Shown here in pieces: positions 1 through 10,204 of a stretch of DNA of 64,000 nucleotides (position 1 is the stretch's first letter; the number at the start of each line of letters is the position of its first letter). The position numbers and the translations under genes were made by a program. The notes below the pieces were generated by a model that saw only the letters and a list, made by a program, of their open reading frames with translations, was not told the origin of the DNA and ran no database searches. The stretch is from positions 3,639 through 67,638 of the forward strand of contig PLNR01000007.1 of the NCBI GenBank assembly GCA_003141835.1. The letters are read 5' to 3'. The stretch is from Candidatus Omnitrophota bacterium. Its GTDB lineage: Bacteria; Omnitrophota; Gorgyraeia; Pluralincolimonadales; Pluralincolimonadaceae.

Positions 1-360
1 ATAATCCCGGATTCGTGCATCCTCCTGGATTATATGCTGAACCTCGCAACGGATGTCGCCATGCACATGGCCGTCTATCCGGAACGTATGATAGAGAACC
101 TTAACAGGATGAAGGGCCTTGTATTCTCGCAGAGGGTGCTTTTGGCGCTGATCGGCAAGGGGATAACAAGGAACGAGGCGTATGACATGGTCCAGAAATG
201 CGCGATGCGCGCCTGGAAGGAGAATGTCGAATTCAAGTCGATACTCATGGACGATATCGATGTCACGAAGTACCTGCCGCACGAGGAGATAGAGGCCTGT
301 TTTGACCTGGGCTATTATACCAAGAATGTCGACAGGATCTATAAAAGGTTAGGATTATGA
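1..360 (+). CDS. purB: adenylosuccinate lyase, C-terminal fragment (gene begins upstream of window)
   Basis: The reading frame is open from nt 1. The translation (...VYPERMIENLNRMKGLVFSQRVLLALIGKGITRNEAYDMV...) is a typical PurB C-terminus. It is directly followed by purC. Confidence 0.8.
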   Translation: MIPDSCILLDYMLNLATDVAMHMAVYPERMIENLNRMKGLVFSQRVLLALIGKGITRNEAYDMVQKCAMRAWKENVEFKSILMDDIDVTKYLPHEEIEACFDLGYYTKNVDRIYKRLGL

Positions 361-1262
361 CGGAAAAAGTGAAAGAAGAGGTCTTACTCGCCACCGAGAA
401 CATCCCGCTCAAATTCTTCAAGCGCGGGAAGGTCCGGGACATCTACGAGCTCGACGGCAAATTGCTCATCGTCGCGACCGACAGGATATCGTGTTTCGAC
501 GTGGTCCTGTCCGAAGGCGTCCCGTATAAAGGGAAAGTCCTCACCCAGATATCGAAGTTCTGGTTCGAATACCTGAAAGACCTGAGCGAGAACCACGCGG
601 TGACGTTTGACGTTGAATCGCTGCGCGATAAGCTCGGCGGCGCGGCGGATATATTAAAAGACCGCTCGATGCTGGTAAAGAGGACCCGGCCGCTCGCGAT
701 AGAGTGCGTGGTCAGGGGATACCTGGCCGGTTCCGGATGGAAGGAATACAAAGAGACCGGCGAGATATGCTCCATCAAGTTGCCGAAGGGCCTCAAAGAA
801 TCCGACAAACTGCCCGAGCCGTTATTTACCCCCTCGACGAAGGAGGATATCGGCCACGACTTGAATATCACGGAGTTCGGCGCGAGGAAAAAACTCGGCG
901 ACAGGCTTTACGACCTCGTAAAGAGCAAGACGATAGCGATTTACAACAAGGCCGCGGAATACGCGGATTCGAAGGGGATAATAATCGCCGACACAAAGTT
1001 CGAGTTCGGCGTTACCGAAGAGGGCAAGACGATACTTATCGACGAGGTGCTGACCCCGGATTCATCGAGGTTCTGGCCTAAGGAGAAGTACAAGCCGGGC
1101 GGGCCGCAGGTAAGCTTCGATAAGCAGTTCGTGAGGGATTATCTCGAAGGCCTGGACTGGAACAAGACACCACCGGCCCCGCACCTGCCCGAGGATATCA
1201 TCAAGAAGACGAGCAAGAAGTATCTGGAGGCCTTAAGGAAGTTAACCGACAAGGAGCTCTAA
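357..1262 (+). CDS. purC: phosphoribosylaminoimidazole-succinocarboxamide synthase (long-form SAICAR synthetase)
   Basis: 301-aa ORF with ATGA overlap onto purB. The SAICAR synthetase family pattern is recognisable (KVRDIYE..., IIADTKFEFG). It sits inside the pur cluster. Confidence 0.9.
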   Translation: MTEKVKEEVLLATENIPLKFFKRGKVRDIYELDGKLLIVATDRISCFDVVLSEGVPYKGKVLTQISKFWFEYLKDLSENHAVTFDVESLRDKLGGAADILKDRSMLVKRTRPLAIECVVRGYLAGSGWKEYKETGEICSIKLPKGLKESDKLPEPLFTPSTKEDIGHDLNITEFGARKKLGDRLYDLVKSKTIAIYNKAAEYADSKGIIIADTKFEFGVTEEGKTILIDEVLTPDSSRFWPKEKYKPGGPQVSFDKQFVRDYLEGLDWNKTPPAPHLPEDIIKKTSKKYLEALRKLTDKEL

Positions 1263-4157
1263 GTGCTGTGGCGCGTTGAAGTATTCGATAAGGATCATGG
1301 CTTCGACTCCGGCGTCAAGAGGGATATAGAGGACCTGGGCATCAAAGGCGCCGAGTCGGTCGAGGTCGCGCAGGTATATATAATCAAGGGCAGCATCTCC
1401 CGGCCGGGGATAAAAAGGATCGCTGGGGAGTTGCTCACCGATCCCGTTACCCAGGCCTATTCATACAGGTCGAGCCCTATAACAGACAAAAACGCCCGCG
1501 CGAAAAATAAGGCCGTTGTAGAAGTGACCTATAACGCCGGCGTGATGGACCCTGTCGAGGAGAGCGTGAAGAAAGGCATCCTCGATCTCGGCGTAAAAGG
1601 CGTCGAGTCGGTCAAGACCGCGAAAAAATATATCATAAGCGGAAAGATATCAACGGGGCAGCTTAAGACGATAAGCGAAAAGCTCCTCTTCAATAAAGTC
1701 ATCCAGCATGTCGTCACCGGCCCGGATTCCTATAACTTCAAAAACCCTCCGCAATACCATTTTAAACTTATAACGGTGGATATCCCCGGGTCATCCGATA
1801 AGGACCTCGAGGAGATAAGCAAAAAAGGCCAATTATTCCTGAGCCTCGCCGAGATGCGCAGGATAAGGGAATACTTCAGGACGCTCAGGCGCGAACCTAC
1901 GGATGTCGAGCTCGAGACGCTCGCGCAGACGTGGTCCGAGCATTGCGGCCACAAGACATTCCGCGGGATGATAGATTACGAGTCCGGAGGGAAGAGGCGC
2001 CGCATAAATAATCTCCTTAAAGAGACGATAATGAAGGCGACCGCCGAACTTAATAAGCCGTGGTGCGTTTCGGTATTCAAGGATAATTCCGGCGTCATAA
2101 GGTTCGACGGGAAATATAACGTCTGCTTCAAGGCCGAGACGCATAACCATCCGTCGGCCATCGAACCGTACGGCGGCGCGAATACCGGGCTCGGCGGCGT
2201 TATTCGCGATCCGCTCGGCACCGGCCTCGGCGCGAAGCCGATATTGAATACCGACGTCTTCTGTTTCGGCGAGCCGGATTACGCTTTCAACCGCCTGCCG
2301 AAAGGCGTCCTCCACCCGAAGAGGGTCATGAAAGGCGTCGTCGCAGGCGTGCGCGATTACGGCAATAAGATGGGCATACCGACGGTCAACGGCGCCGTGC
2401 TCTTCGACAACAGGTATATCGGGAATCCCCTGGTCTATTGCGGGAATGTCGGCATTATGCCGAAAGATAAATCTTTCAAGGAGGTCGAGAGCGGGGACCT
2501 GGTCGTCCTCGTAGGCGGAAAGACCGGCCGCGACGGGATACACGGCGCGACTTTTTCTTCCGGCGAGTTGACATCGGAATCGGAGCAGGTCTCGGCGCAG
2601 GCCGTCCAGATCGGGAACCCTATCGAAGAGAAGAAGGTGGCCGACTGCATCCTGAAAGCCCGCGACTTAAACCTGTATGACGCGATAACGGATTGCGGCG
2701 GCGGCGGATTATCGAGCGCCGGAGGCGAGATGGGCGAGAAGACAGGCGTCAGGATAGACCTCGATAAGATACCACTCAAATACGAAGGGCTGACCTATAC
2801 CGAGATATGGATATCGGAGGCGCAGGAGAGGATGGTCCTCTCGGTGCCCAAAAATAAAGTAAAAAAACTGCTCGAGGTCTTCGAAAAAGAGGATGTCGAG
2901 GCGACGGTGATCGGCGAGTTCACGCGCACAAAAAAACTGGAACTTTTTTACAAAGGGAAGAAGGTCTGCGACCTCGACATGAAATTCCTGCACGACGGCC
3001 TGCCGAGGATCGTCAGGAAGGCGAGATGGACGAGGCCCAAACGCGTCGAGCCGCGGTTCGCGTGCCCGAAAAACCTGACGCCGTCGCTCTTGAAGATATT
3101 GTCGGACTGGAACGTGTGCAGCAAGGAATGGATAATCAGGCAATACGACCATGAGGTCCAGGCCGCCTCCGTCATAAAACCGCTCACCGGCGCGGATAAC
3201 GACGGGCCGTCAGACGCGGCCGTCGCCAGGCCGGTATTAAATTCGGACAGGGGCGTAATAATATCGAACGGGATAAACCCGAGGTACGGGGAGATCGACC
3301 CGTACTGGATGGCGGCGTCGAATATCGACGAGGCGATGAGGCAGATAATTGCGGTGGGAGGCGACCTCAAAGAAGTGGCGCTGCTGGACAATTTTTGCTG
3401 GGGCGACACTGACCAGCCGTCGCAATTAGGAAGCCTCGTAAGGGCGGCCGAGGGTTGTTATGACATGTCGAAGGGTTTCCAGGCGCCTTTCATTTCGGGC
3501 AAGGACAGCCTCCATAACGAATATATCGTCGGCAAGAAACGCGTATCGATCCCGGGAACCCTGCTCGTCTCGGCTATCAGCGTGGCCGATAACGTAAAAA
3601 AATGCATCACTATGGATTTTAAGGAAGCCGGCGACCTCATATATGTTGTTGGCATGACCTATGACGAGCTCGGCGGTTCATATTATTATAAGTCGCGGGG
3701 CGCGGCGGCAGGGAATTCCGTGCCGACCGTGGACGCGAAACGCGGCCGCGCGCTGATGGAAAAATTGAGCCGCGCGATAAAAGGCGGACTCGTGAACGCA
3801 TGCCATGATTGCTCGGAGGGCGGTATAGGGGTCGCGGCGGCAGAGATGGCGTTCGCCGGAGGGTTCGGTGCAGAGATAAAACTGGAAAAGGTGCCTTTCA
3901 AGGCAAAATATGATAAGCGCGGGAAGAAACGCGATGATGTCACTCTCTTCTCGGAGTCTAACACCCGCTTCATTGTCGGGGTAAGCCCGGAAAAACAGAG
4001 GGGGTTTGATAAGGCGATGAGGGGCGCCCCAGTCGGGTTAATAGGCGGCGTCCTCGATGAAAAATATTTTGCGGTCTATGGCCTGGGCGGAGACATCGTC
4101 GTCAGGACCGACTATAAAGAATTAAAGGAGGCCTGGCAGGCGCCGTTAAGATGGTAG
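1263..4157 (+). CDS. purL: FGAM synthase large subunit PurL with two N-terminal PurS-like domains (PurS-PurS-PurL fusion)
   Basis: 964-aa ORF starting at GTG right after the purC stop. The first ~170 aa form two similar ~80-aa PurS-like modules (VEVFDKDHGFDSGVKRDIEDLGIKGAESVEVAQVYII / VEVTYNAGVMDPVEESVKKGILDLGVKGVESVKTAKKYII). The remainder is PurL (AIR-synthase-related folds, GKDSL motif). Confidence 0.85.
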   Translation: MLWRVEVFDKDHGFDSGVKRDIEDLGIKGAESVEVAQVYIIKGSISRPGIKRIAGELLTDPVTQAYSYRSSPITDKNARAKNKAVVEVTYNAGVMDPVEESVKKGILDLGVKGVESVKTAKKYIISGKISTGQLKTISEKLLFNKVIQHVVTGPDSYNFKNPPQYHFKLITVDIPGSSDKDLEEISKKGQLFLSLAEMRRIREYFRTLRREPTDVELETLAQTWSEHCGHKTFRGMIDYESGGKRRRINNLLKETIMKATAELNKPWCVSVFKDNSGVIRFDGKYNVCFKAETHNHPSAIEPYGGANTGLGGVIRDPLGTGLGAKPILNTDVFCFGEPDYAFNRLPKGVLHPKRVMKGVVAGVRDYGNKMGIPTVNGAVLFDNRYIGNPLVYCGNVGIMPKDKSFKEVESGDLVVLVGGKTGRDGIHGATFSSGELTSESEQVSAQAVQIGNPIEEKKVADCILKARDLNLYDAITDCGGGGLSSAGGEMGEKTGVRIDLDKIPLKYEGLTYTEIWISEAQERMVLSVPKNKVKKLLEVFEKEDVEATVIGEFTRTKKLELFYKGKKVCDLDMKFLHDGLPRIVRKARWTRPKRVEPRFACPKNLTPSLLKILSDWNVCSKEWIIRQYDHEVQAASVIKPLTGADNDGPSDAAVARPVLNSDRGVIISNGINPRYGEIDPYWMAASNIDEAMRQIIAVGGDLKEVALLDNFCWGDTDQPSQLGSLVRAAEGCYDMSKGFQAPFISGKDSLHNEYIVGKKRVSIPGTLLVSAISVADNVKKCITMDFKEAGDLIYVVGMTYDELGGSYYYKSRGAAAGNSVPTVDAKRGRALMEKLSRAIKGGLVNACHDCSEGGIGVAAAEMAFAGGFGAEIKLEKVPFKAKYDKRGKKRDDVTLFSESNTRFIVGVSPEKQRGFDKAMRGAPVGLIGGVLDEKYFAVYGLGGDIVVRTDYKELKEAWQAPLRW

Positions 4158-4960
4158 CGCTAAAGGGCAGGCCGAAGGTAGTGGTGCTGCGCGCGGCAGG
4201 GACGAATTGCGATATGGAGACGGCTTTCGCGTTCGAGCACGCCGGCGCTATACCGGAAGCGGTCCATATAAACCAGCTTGTCAGCGGCGAGAAGAAGCTG
4301 CGCGATTACCATATCCTGGCGGTACCCGGCGGTTTTACTTACGGCGACGACGTCGGTTCCGGAAAGATATTGGCGAATGAATTAAAATATAAATTGGCCG
4401 GCGACCTCGAAAAATTCGTCGGCGCGGGAAAGCTCATTATCGGGATATGCAACGGTTTCCAGGTCCTCGTCAAGGCGGGCCTGCTGCCGGGCAAGGGAAC
4501 GGACGGCGAGCAGCTCGAAGCGACGCTTACGACGAACGACACGGCGCGCTATGAAGACAGGTGGGTGCACCTGAAACCCGCCAAAGGCTTGAATATCGGA
4601 TTTAAGAGCAAGTGCGTCTGGACAAAAGGCATTGAGCGGATGATATATATACCTGCAGCCCACGGCGAAGGGAAATTCATCCCGAAGGACGACGAGGTCT
4701 TGGGGAAATTGTGGGCGAACGGGCAGGTTGTTTTCAGGTACGTCGACCCGTACGGCAAACTCGCCGGGTTCCCGTGGAACCCTAACGGGTCGGTCGATAA
4801 TATCGCCGGAGTATGCGACATAACCGGGAGGATATTTGGGCTTATGCCGCATCCGGAGAGGCATCTATTCGCTTCCCAGCATCCGCGATGGACGCGCGGA
4901 GAGGCGCAGGGAGAAGGGGACGGAGTCAGTATCTTCAGAAACGGGGTCAAGAGTGTATAA
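4151..4960 (+). CDS. purQ: FGAM synthase glutamine amidotransferase subunit
   Basis: 269-aa ORF overlapping the purL end. Class I GATase motifs are present (GICNGFQ, HPE). Confidence 0.9.
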   Translation: MVALKGRPKVVVLRAAGTNCDMETAFAFEHAGAIPEAVHINQLVSGEKKLRDYHILAVPGGFTYGDDVGSGKILANELKYKLAGDLEKFVGAGKLIIGICNGFQVLVKAGLLPGKGTDGEQLEATLTTNDTARYEDRWVHLKPAKGLNIGFKSKCVWTKGIERMIYIPAAHGEGKFIPKDDEVLGKLWANGQVVFRYVDPYGKLAGFPWNPNGSVDNIAGVCDITGRIFGLMPHPERHLFASQHPRWTRGEAQGEGDGVSIFRNGVKSV

Positions 4961-4972
4961 TCGAGGTGCAAA

Positions 4973-6373
4973 ATGGGCAAGGATATAAAAGAATACTGCG
5001 GACTATTCGGTGTCTACGGCCACAAGGATGCGGCGCGCCTTACGTATCTCGGTCTTTATGCGCTCCAGCACAGGGGAGAGGAGTCGGCCGGTATAGTCTC
5101 TTACGACGGGGAGACTAATCACATCCACAAAGGGATGGGGCTGGTGGCGGACGTTTTCAAAGAGGAAAATTTGAACAGCCTTAAAGGCGAGACCGCCATA
5201 GGGCATGTCAGGTATTCCACGACCGGTTCGACGACGCTGAAGAACGCGCAGCCCGTAGTGACGGATTATTCGCGCGGGACTATTGCGATCGGGCATAACG
5301 GCAACCTCGTGAACGGGGCGGACCTCCGAGATGAGCTTGAGGCGCGCGGTTCGATATTCCAGACAACGCTCGATTCCGAGATAATAGTGCATCTTATGGC
5401 GCGCCCGGAACACAAAAATTTCGAGGAAGGCCTCGCGTACGCGCTTAAGCAGATCAAGGGGGCTTTTTCCCTCATCATAATGAAAGAGGATATGCTCGTC
5501 GGGGTGCGCGACCCGCACGGATGGAAACCCCTGTGCCTTGGCAAGCTTGACGGAGCATATGTCCTGGCGAGCGAGACTACGGCATTGGACCTGATCGAAG
5601 CGGAGTTCATCCGCGAACTGGAGCCGGGAGAGGTCCTGTATATCACCAAGAAAGGCTTACGCTCGACCAAGCCGCAGGTGGAAAGTAAGAGGTTGGCCCA
5701 TTGCATATTTGAACTTGTATATTTTGCCAGGCCGGATTCATTTATCTTCGGGGAATCCGTCCATCTGGTGAGGCAGAGGCTCGGACACAGGCTTGCGCAG
5801 GAGCATCCGGTCGACGCGGACCTTGTCATCCCGGTGCCTGATTCCGGAACGCCTGCCGCGCTCGGCCTCTCGCATGAATCCGGGATAGAGCTCGAGATGG
5901 GCATAATAAGGAACCATTACATCGGCAGGACATTCATCCAGCCGCTGCAGCATATACGGGATTTCAGCGTGAAGATAAAGTTGAACCCGATCAAGGAACT
6001 GCTGAAGGACAAGAGGATAATCGTCGTAGATGATTCGATCGTCCGCGGGACGACCTCGCGCACCAGGATAAAGAAGCTTTACGATGCCGGGGCCAAGGAA
6101 GTCCACATGAGGATATCGTGCCCGCCCATAAAGTATCCGTGCTTTTACGGGATAGATTTCCCGACGAAGAAAGAATTGATCGCGGCGACGCATTCTATCG
6201 AAGAGATAAGGAAGTTCCTGGGCGTCACCACGCTCGGTTATCTTTCGATCGAGGGACTGTTAAGCTGCGTCTCGTGCCCTAAGGATTACTGCACCGCATG
6301 TTATACCGGGGATTATCCGGTGCCGTTCGGCGGCCAGGCGAATAAGTTCGCGACAGAATACAAAGGATATTAA
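4973..6373 (+). CDS. purF: amidophosphoribosyltransferase (B. subtilis-type, with propeptide and C-terminal 4Fe-4S cysteine ligands)
   Basis: An N-terminal propeptide (MGKDIKEY) precedes the catalytic Cys (CGLFGVYG). PRTase motif (IIVVDDSIVRGTT). A C-terminal Cys cluster (CPPIKYPC, CVSCPKDYCTAC) is present. Confidence 0.9.
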   Translation: MGKDIKEYCGLFGVYGHKDAARLTYLGLYALQHRGEESAGIVSYDGETNHIHKGMGLVADVFKEENLNSLKGETAIGHVRYSTTGSTTLKNAQPVVTDYSRGTIAIGHNGNLVNGADLRDELEARGSIFQTTLDSEIIVHLMARPEHKNFEEGLAYALKQIKGAFSLIIMKEDMLVGVRDPHGWKPLCLGKLDGAYVLASETTALDLIEAEFIRELEPGEVLYITKKGLRSTKPQVESKRLAHCIFELVYFARPDSFIFGESVHLVRQRLGHRLAQEHPVDADLVIPVPDSGTPAALGLSHESGIELEMGIIRNHYIGRTFIQPLQHIRDFSVKIKLNPIKELLKDKRIIVVDDSIVRGTTSRTRIKKLYDAGAKEVHMRISCPPIKYPCFYGIDFPTKKELIAATHSIEEIRKFLGVTTLGYLSIEGLLSCVSCPKDYCTACYTGDYPVPFGGQANKFATEYKGY

Positions 6374-6374
6374 G

Positions 6375-7379
6375 ATGGGGCTTACTTACAAGAAAGCGGG
6401 AGTGGACATCCTGAAGGCTACCCGTTTCGTAGATGCCATAAAAAAGCATACGAGGGCGACGGCGCGCAAGGGCGCGGACTGCAGGCTCGGAGGGTTCGGC
6501 GGGCTCTTCGACCTTAAGGCGGCCGGGTACAAAGACCCGGTGCTCGTTTCGTCTACCGACGGGGTCGGCACGAAATTAAAGATCGCGTTCCTGGCGGATA
6601 AGCACGACACCGTAGGCATAGACATGGTAGCGATGAACGTCAACGACATATTGACATCGGGCGCCGAACCGCTATTCTTCTTCGATTATATTGCGACCGG
6701 AAAGATAGACAAGAAGGTACTGGTCGATGTAGTGGAGGGGATCGCCGAGGGATGCAGGCAAGCGGGCTGCGCGCTGATAGGCGGCGAGACCGCAGAGATG
6801 CCGTCGTTCTATAAAGAAGGCGAATATGACCTCGCCGGTTTTTGCGTCGGGGCGGTCGAGAGGAGCAAGATAGTCGACAGCTCTAAAATGAAGGCGGGCG
6901 ACATCGCCGTAGGCCTCGCTTCGAACGGCCTGCACTCGAACGGGTATTCGCTGGTCAGGAAAGTATTTTCACGGGCCGAGCAGAAGGCGCTTTCGAAAGA
7001 ACTTCTGCGCCCGACGAGGATCTACGTAAAGCCCGTACTGGAACTAAAGAAGAAGGCGGAGATAAAAGGCATCGCCCACATAACCGGCGGCGCCTATTTC
7101 GAGAAGCTGCCGCGCATCGTCCCCGGAGATAAAGACCTTATCATCGAAAAGGGGGCGTGGATAGTCCCGGAAATATTCAAGAGGATCCAGCGCAAGGGAA
7201 AGATCGAAGAGATAGAGATGTTCCGGACATTCAATATGGGCCTCGGGATGGTGATAGTCATATCGCCGGAAGATTACCCCGCGGCAAAAAAAATATTCGA
7301 CAAATGGAAGATGGATTCGTGGATCGTCGGTTCGGTGGATAAAGGGAAGGGCAAAGTAAGGATAATATGCGGGTTCTGA
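6375..7379 (+). CDS. purM: phosphoribosylformylglycinamidine cyclo-ligase (AIR synthase)
   Basis: 334-aa ORF with the PurM family pattern (YKKAGVDI, GGFGGLFDL, DGVGTK). Confidence 0.9.
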   Translation: MGLTYKKAGVDILKATRFVDAIKKHTRATARKGADCRLGGFGGLFDLKAAGYKDPVLVSSTDGVGTKLKIAFLADKHDTVGIDMVAMNVNDILTSGAEPLFFFDYIATGKIDKKVLVDVVEGIAEGCRQAGCALIGGETAEMPSFYKEGEYDLAGFCVGAVERSKIVDSSKMKAGDIAVGLASNGLHSNGYSLVRKVFSRAEQKALSKELLRPTRIYVKPVLELKKKAEIKGIAHITGGAYFEKLPRIVPGDKDLIIEKGAWIVPEIFKRIQRKGKIEEIEMFRTFNMGLGMVIVISPEDYPAAKKIFDKWKMDSWIVGSVDKGKGKVRIICGF

Positions 7380-8641
7380 TAGTGGGTTCGGGCGGGAGGG
7401 AACACGCGCTCGCCTGGAAGATAAGGCAGTCGCCGCTGGTCGATAAGGTATTCTGCGCGCCGGGGAACGGCGGAATATCGCAGATCGCCGAATGCGTCGA
7501 CATAAAAGCCGATGACATAGCCGCCCTGACCGCTTTTGCCTCGAGGAACAGGATAGACCTTACGGTCGTCGGGCCTGAGGCGCCCCTCTCAGGGGGGATA
7601 ACGGATAAATTCTGCGCGAACGGCCTCAGGGTATTCGGGCCGTCCAAAGAAGCCGCGCGGCTCGAGTCGAGCAAGGTCTTCATGAAAGAACTCGCGAAGA
7701 AATACGGGATCCCGACCGCGGGATTTGAGGTCTTCACCGACAGCGCCGCCGCAAAAAAATATATAAACGGGTCCAAGGGAAAATTTGTCGTGAAAGCGGA
7801 CGGGCTGGCCGCGGGAAAAGGCGTGGTCGTCTGCTCCTCGAAAGAGGAAGGCCTTGAGGCGGTAGAAGCGATGATGGAAAAGAAGATATTCAAGGACGCC
7901 GGCAAAAAAGTGATAATCGAAGAATGCCTTGAAGGCGAAGAGGCGTCGATCATCGTCGTGACCGACGGGAAAGACGCGGTCCCTCTCGCCTCGGCCCAGG
8001 ACCACAAGAGGATCCTGGACGGGGATAAGGGCCCGAATACCGGCGGGATGGGCGCGTATTCGCCCGCGCCTGTCGTTTCTGAAGCGATGATGAATACCGT
8101 AATGAAGGATATAATCAGGCCGGCGATAGACGGGTTGAACAAAGAGGGTATAAAATATACCGGCGCCCTGTATGCCGGGCTGATGATAGACGGCTCCGGC
8201 CCGAAACTGCTCGAGTTCAACTGCAGGTTCGGCGATCCCGAGACTCAGGCGATATTGCCGCGCTTAAAGAGCGATTTCGTGGAACTGGTCGAGGCTTCGG
8301 TGGACGATGAGATAGATATAGTTTCGCTCGAGTGGGACGCCAGGCCGTGCGTTTCGGTCGTGGTCTCCTCCGGCGGGTATCCCGGGGAATATAAGACGGG
8401 TTTTGAGATCGACGGGCTCGATGCCCTGGAAAAAATGAAAGATGTCCATGTCTTCCATGCCGGGACGAGGTTATCCGGCGAAAAGACGGTGACTGCGGGC
8501 GGGCGGGTCCTGAACGTGACCGCGCTCGGCTCGGACATAAAAGACGCGATAGACAGGTGCTATAACGCCGTAAACCTCATAGAGTTCGAGGGGATGCATT
8601 TCAGGAGAGATATAGGTTACAGGGCGCTAAACAGGAGATGA
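7367..8641 (+). CDS. purD: phosphoribosylamine-glycine ligase
   Basis: 424-aa ORF starting MRVLIVGSGGREHALAWK, an ATP-grasp PurD pattern. Confidence 0.9.
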   Translation: MRVLIVGSGGREHALAWKIRQSPLVDKVFCAPGNGGISQIAECVDIKADDIAALTAFASRNRIDLTVVGPEAPLSGGITDKFCANGLRVFGPSKEAARLESSKVFMKELAKKYGIPTAGFEVFTDSAAAKKYINGSKGKFVVKADGLAAGKGVVVCSSKEEGLEAVEAMMEKKIFKDAGKKVIIEECLEGEEASIIVVTDGKDAVPLASAQDHKRILDGDKGPNTGGMGAYSPAPVVSEAMMNTVMKDIIRPAIDGLNKEGIKYTGALYAGLMIDGSGPKLLEFNCRFGDPETQAILPRLKSDFVELVEASVDDEIDIVSLEWDARPCVSVVVSSGGYPGEYKTGFEIDGLDALEKMKDVHVFHAGTRLSGEKTVTAGGRVLNVTALGSDIKDAIDRCYNAVNLIEFEGMHFRRDIGYRALNRR

Positions 8642-9141
8642 CAAAAATGGCAAAGCCAAGGATCGCGGTCATATTAGGTTCCGATTCGGACCTTCCGGCG
8701 ATGGAGGAAGGGCTTAAGGTATTGAAGGATTTCAAGGTGCCCTTCCATCTCAAGATAATGTCCGCCCACAGGAGCCCGGCCCTGGTGCATGATTTTGCGA
8801 AGTCGGCTGAGAAGAACGGGATAAAGGTCGTGATAGCTGCCGCGGGCGGCGCCGCCCACCTGGCAGGCGTCATCGCGTCCATGACCAAACTGCCGGTCAT
8901 CGGCGTCCCGATGGAAACGCGCAGCCTTAACGGCATGGATTCGCTCTTCTCGACCGTGCAGATGCCTTACGGCGTCCCGGTCGCGACTATGGCCATAGGA
9001 AAATCCGGCGCCAGGAACGCCTCGATATTCGCGCTGCAGATACTCGGCCTGACCGACACTAAGATTGCGGGAGAGCTCAACGCTTTCAAAAAGAGGCTCG
9101 AGGCGGACGTGATAGCGAAGAACAAAAAACTGAAATTATGA
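8638..9141 (+). CDS. purE: 5-(carboxyamino)imidazole ribonucleotide mutase / AIR carboxylase catalytic subunit
   Basis: 167-aa ORF with the PurE pattern (IAVILGSDSDL, AAGGAAHLAGV). No purK is present in the window. Confidence 0.9.
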   Translation: MTKMAKPRIAVILGSDSDLPAMEEGLKVLKDFKVPFHLKIMSAHRSPALVHDFAKSAEKNGIKVVIAAAGGAAHLAGVIASMTKLPVIGVPMETRSLNGMDSLFSTVQMPYGVPVATMAIGKSGARNASIFALQILGLTDTKIAGELNAFKKRLEADVIAKNKKLKL

Positions 9142-9740
9142 CGGAAGTCATCCGCATAAGCGCTTCGAGGCCCAGCGCGGCTGCCGTAAAAAAGGCAGCC
9201 TCGGTCCTAAAAAAAGGGGGACTAGTGGCTTTCCCGACCGAGACGGTCTACGGCCTCGGCGCGAACCTCCTCGATAAAAAAGCGGTAGGGAAGGTGTACG
9301 AAATAAAAAAACGCCCGAGGAACAAGCCGCTTACGGTGCATGTTGCCGATACGGCCTCGGTAAGGAAGATAACGGGGAATATCCCTCTCCGCGCCGCGAA
9401 GCTTATAAAGAAGTATTGGCCGGGCCCGTTGACGGTCATATTGAAGGATAGGCGCGGGAAAAAGACCGGCTTCAGGATGCCGGACAATAAGATAGCTTTC
9501 GGCCTGATAAAAAAAGCCGGCGTCCCGGTCGTGGCGCCGAGTGCTAATATCTCTGGTAATAAACCGCCGACGGACGCCAAAGGGGTATTGCGCGACCTCG
9601 ACGGGAAGATCGACATTGTGATCGACGGCGGAAAGACGGTGATCGGCATCGAATCTACGGTAGTCGATATGACCGGACGGACGCCTAAGATATTGCGCGA
9701 AGGCGCGATATCAAAAGCGGAGATCGAGAAGATATGGTAA
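9138..9740 (+). CDS. tsaC: L-threonylcarbamoyladenylate synthase (YrdC/Sua5 family)
   Basis: 200-aa ORF with YrdC motifs (AFPTETVYGLGA, KKRPRNKPLTVHV). Confidence 0.85.
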   Translation: MTEVIRISASRPSAAAVKKAASVLKKGGLVAFPTETVYGLGANLLDKKAVGKVYEIKKRPRNKPLTVHVADTASVRKITGNIPLRAAKLIKKYWPGPLTVILKDRRGKKTGFRMPDNKIAFGLIKKAGVPVVAPSANISGNKPPTDAKGVLRDLDGKIDIVIDGGKTVIGIESTVVDMTGRTPKILREGAISKAEIEKIW

Positions 9741-10204
9741 AGTCGGTATTGATGGTATGCACCGGCAACTCATGCCGCAGCGTAATGGCCGAAGGGCTTT
9801 TGAAAAAATGGCTCAAAGACAACGGATGCGGCGATGTCAGGGTCGCCTCGGCCGGGATAGCGACCATCCCGGGCATGATGGCCAGCTCGAACGCGATAGA
9901 CGTGATGAAGAGGGAGCATGTCGACATTTCAAGCCACCGGGCCCAGGCCGTTTCCGAAAGATTAATAAATGAGTACGATCTCATACTTTGCATGGAGCCG
10001 GTGCACGTAGCGACGATAACCGGGATTTTACCCGGCGCGGAGCGGAAAACCTACTTACTTTTGGATTACGCCTATGACGGCGATGAAAAACCCAAGAATT
10101 TGCGGATCACCGACCCTATCGGGAAACCGAAAGAGGTCTATGAATCAGTGCTTATAACCTTAAAAGACGCGATAGAAAAGTTAGGGAGGAAGATATGCGG
10201 ATAG
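9734..10204 (+). CDS. low-molecular-weight protein-tyrosine/arginine phosphatase (YwlE-like)
   Basis: CX5R P-loop (CTGNSCRS) near the N-terminus and a DP loop (ITDPIGKP). It lacks the Cys82/Cys89 pair of LMW-PTP-type ArsC. Confidence 0.75.
   Translation: MVKSVLMVCTGNSCRSVMAEGLLKKWLKDNGCGDVRVASAGIATIPGMMASSNAIDVMKREHVDISSHRAQAVSERLINEYDLILCMEPVHVATITGILPGAERKTYLLLDYAYDGDEKPKNLRITDPIGKPKEVYESVLITLKDAIEKLGRKICG

Noticed and set aside
7258-8220. 320-aa minus-strand ORF (and the many other 60-250-aa antisense ORFs in the track across 400-23000)
   Set aside because: They are embedded antisense in well-supported pur/glyA/gdhA genes of a GC-rich genome. They have Ser/Pro/Arg-rich low-complexity translations and no RBS.
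9734-10204. LMW-PTP as an ArsC-type arsenate reductase linked to the ACR3 pump
   Set aside because: It has the CX5R loop but lacks the Cys82/Cys89 pair of Trx-coupled ArsC. Its context (tsaC-rpiB-glyA) matches YwlE-type phosphatases.
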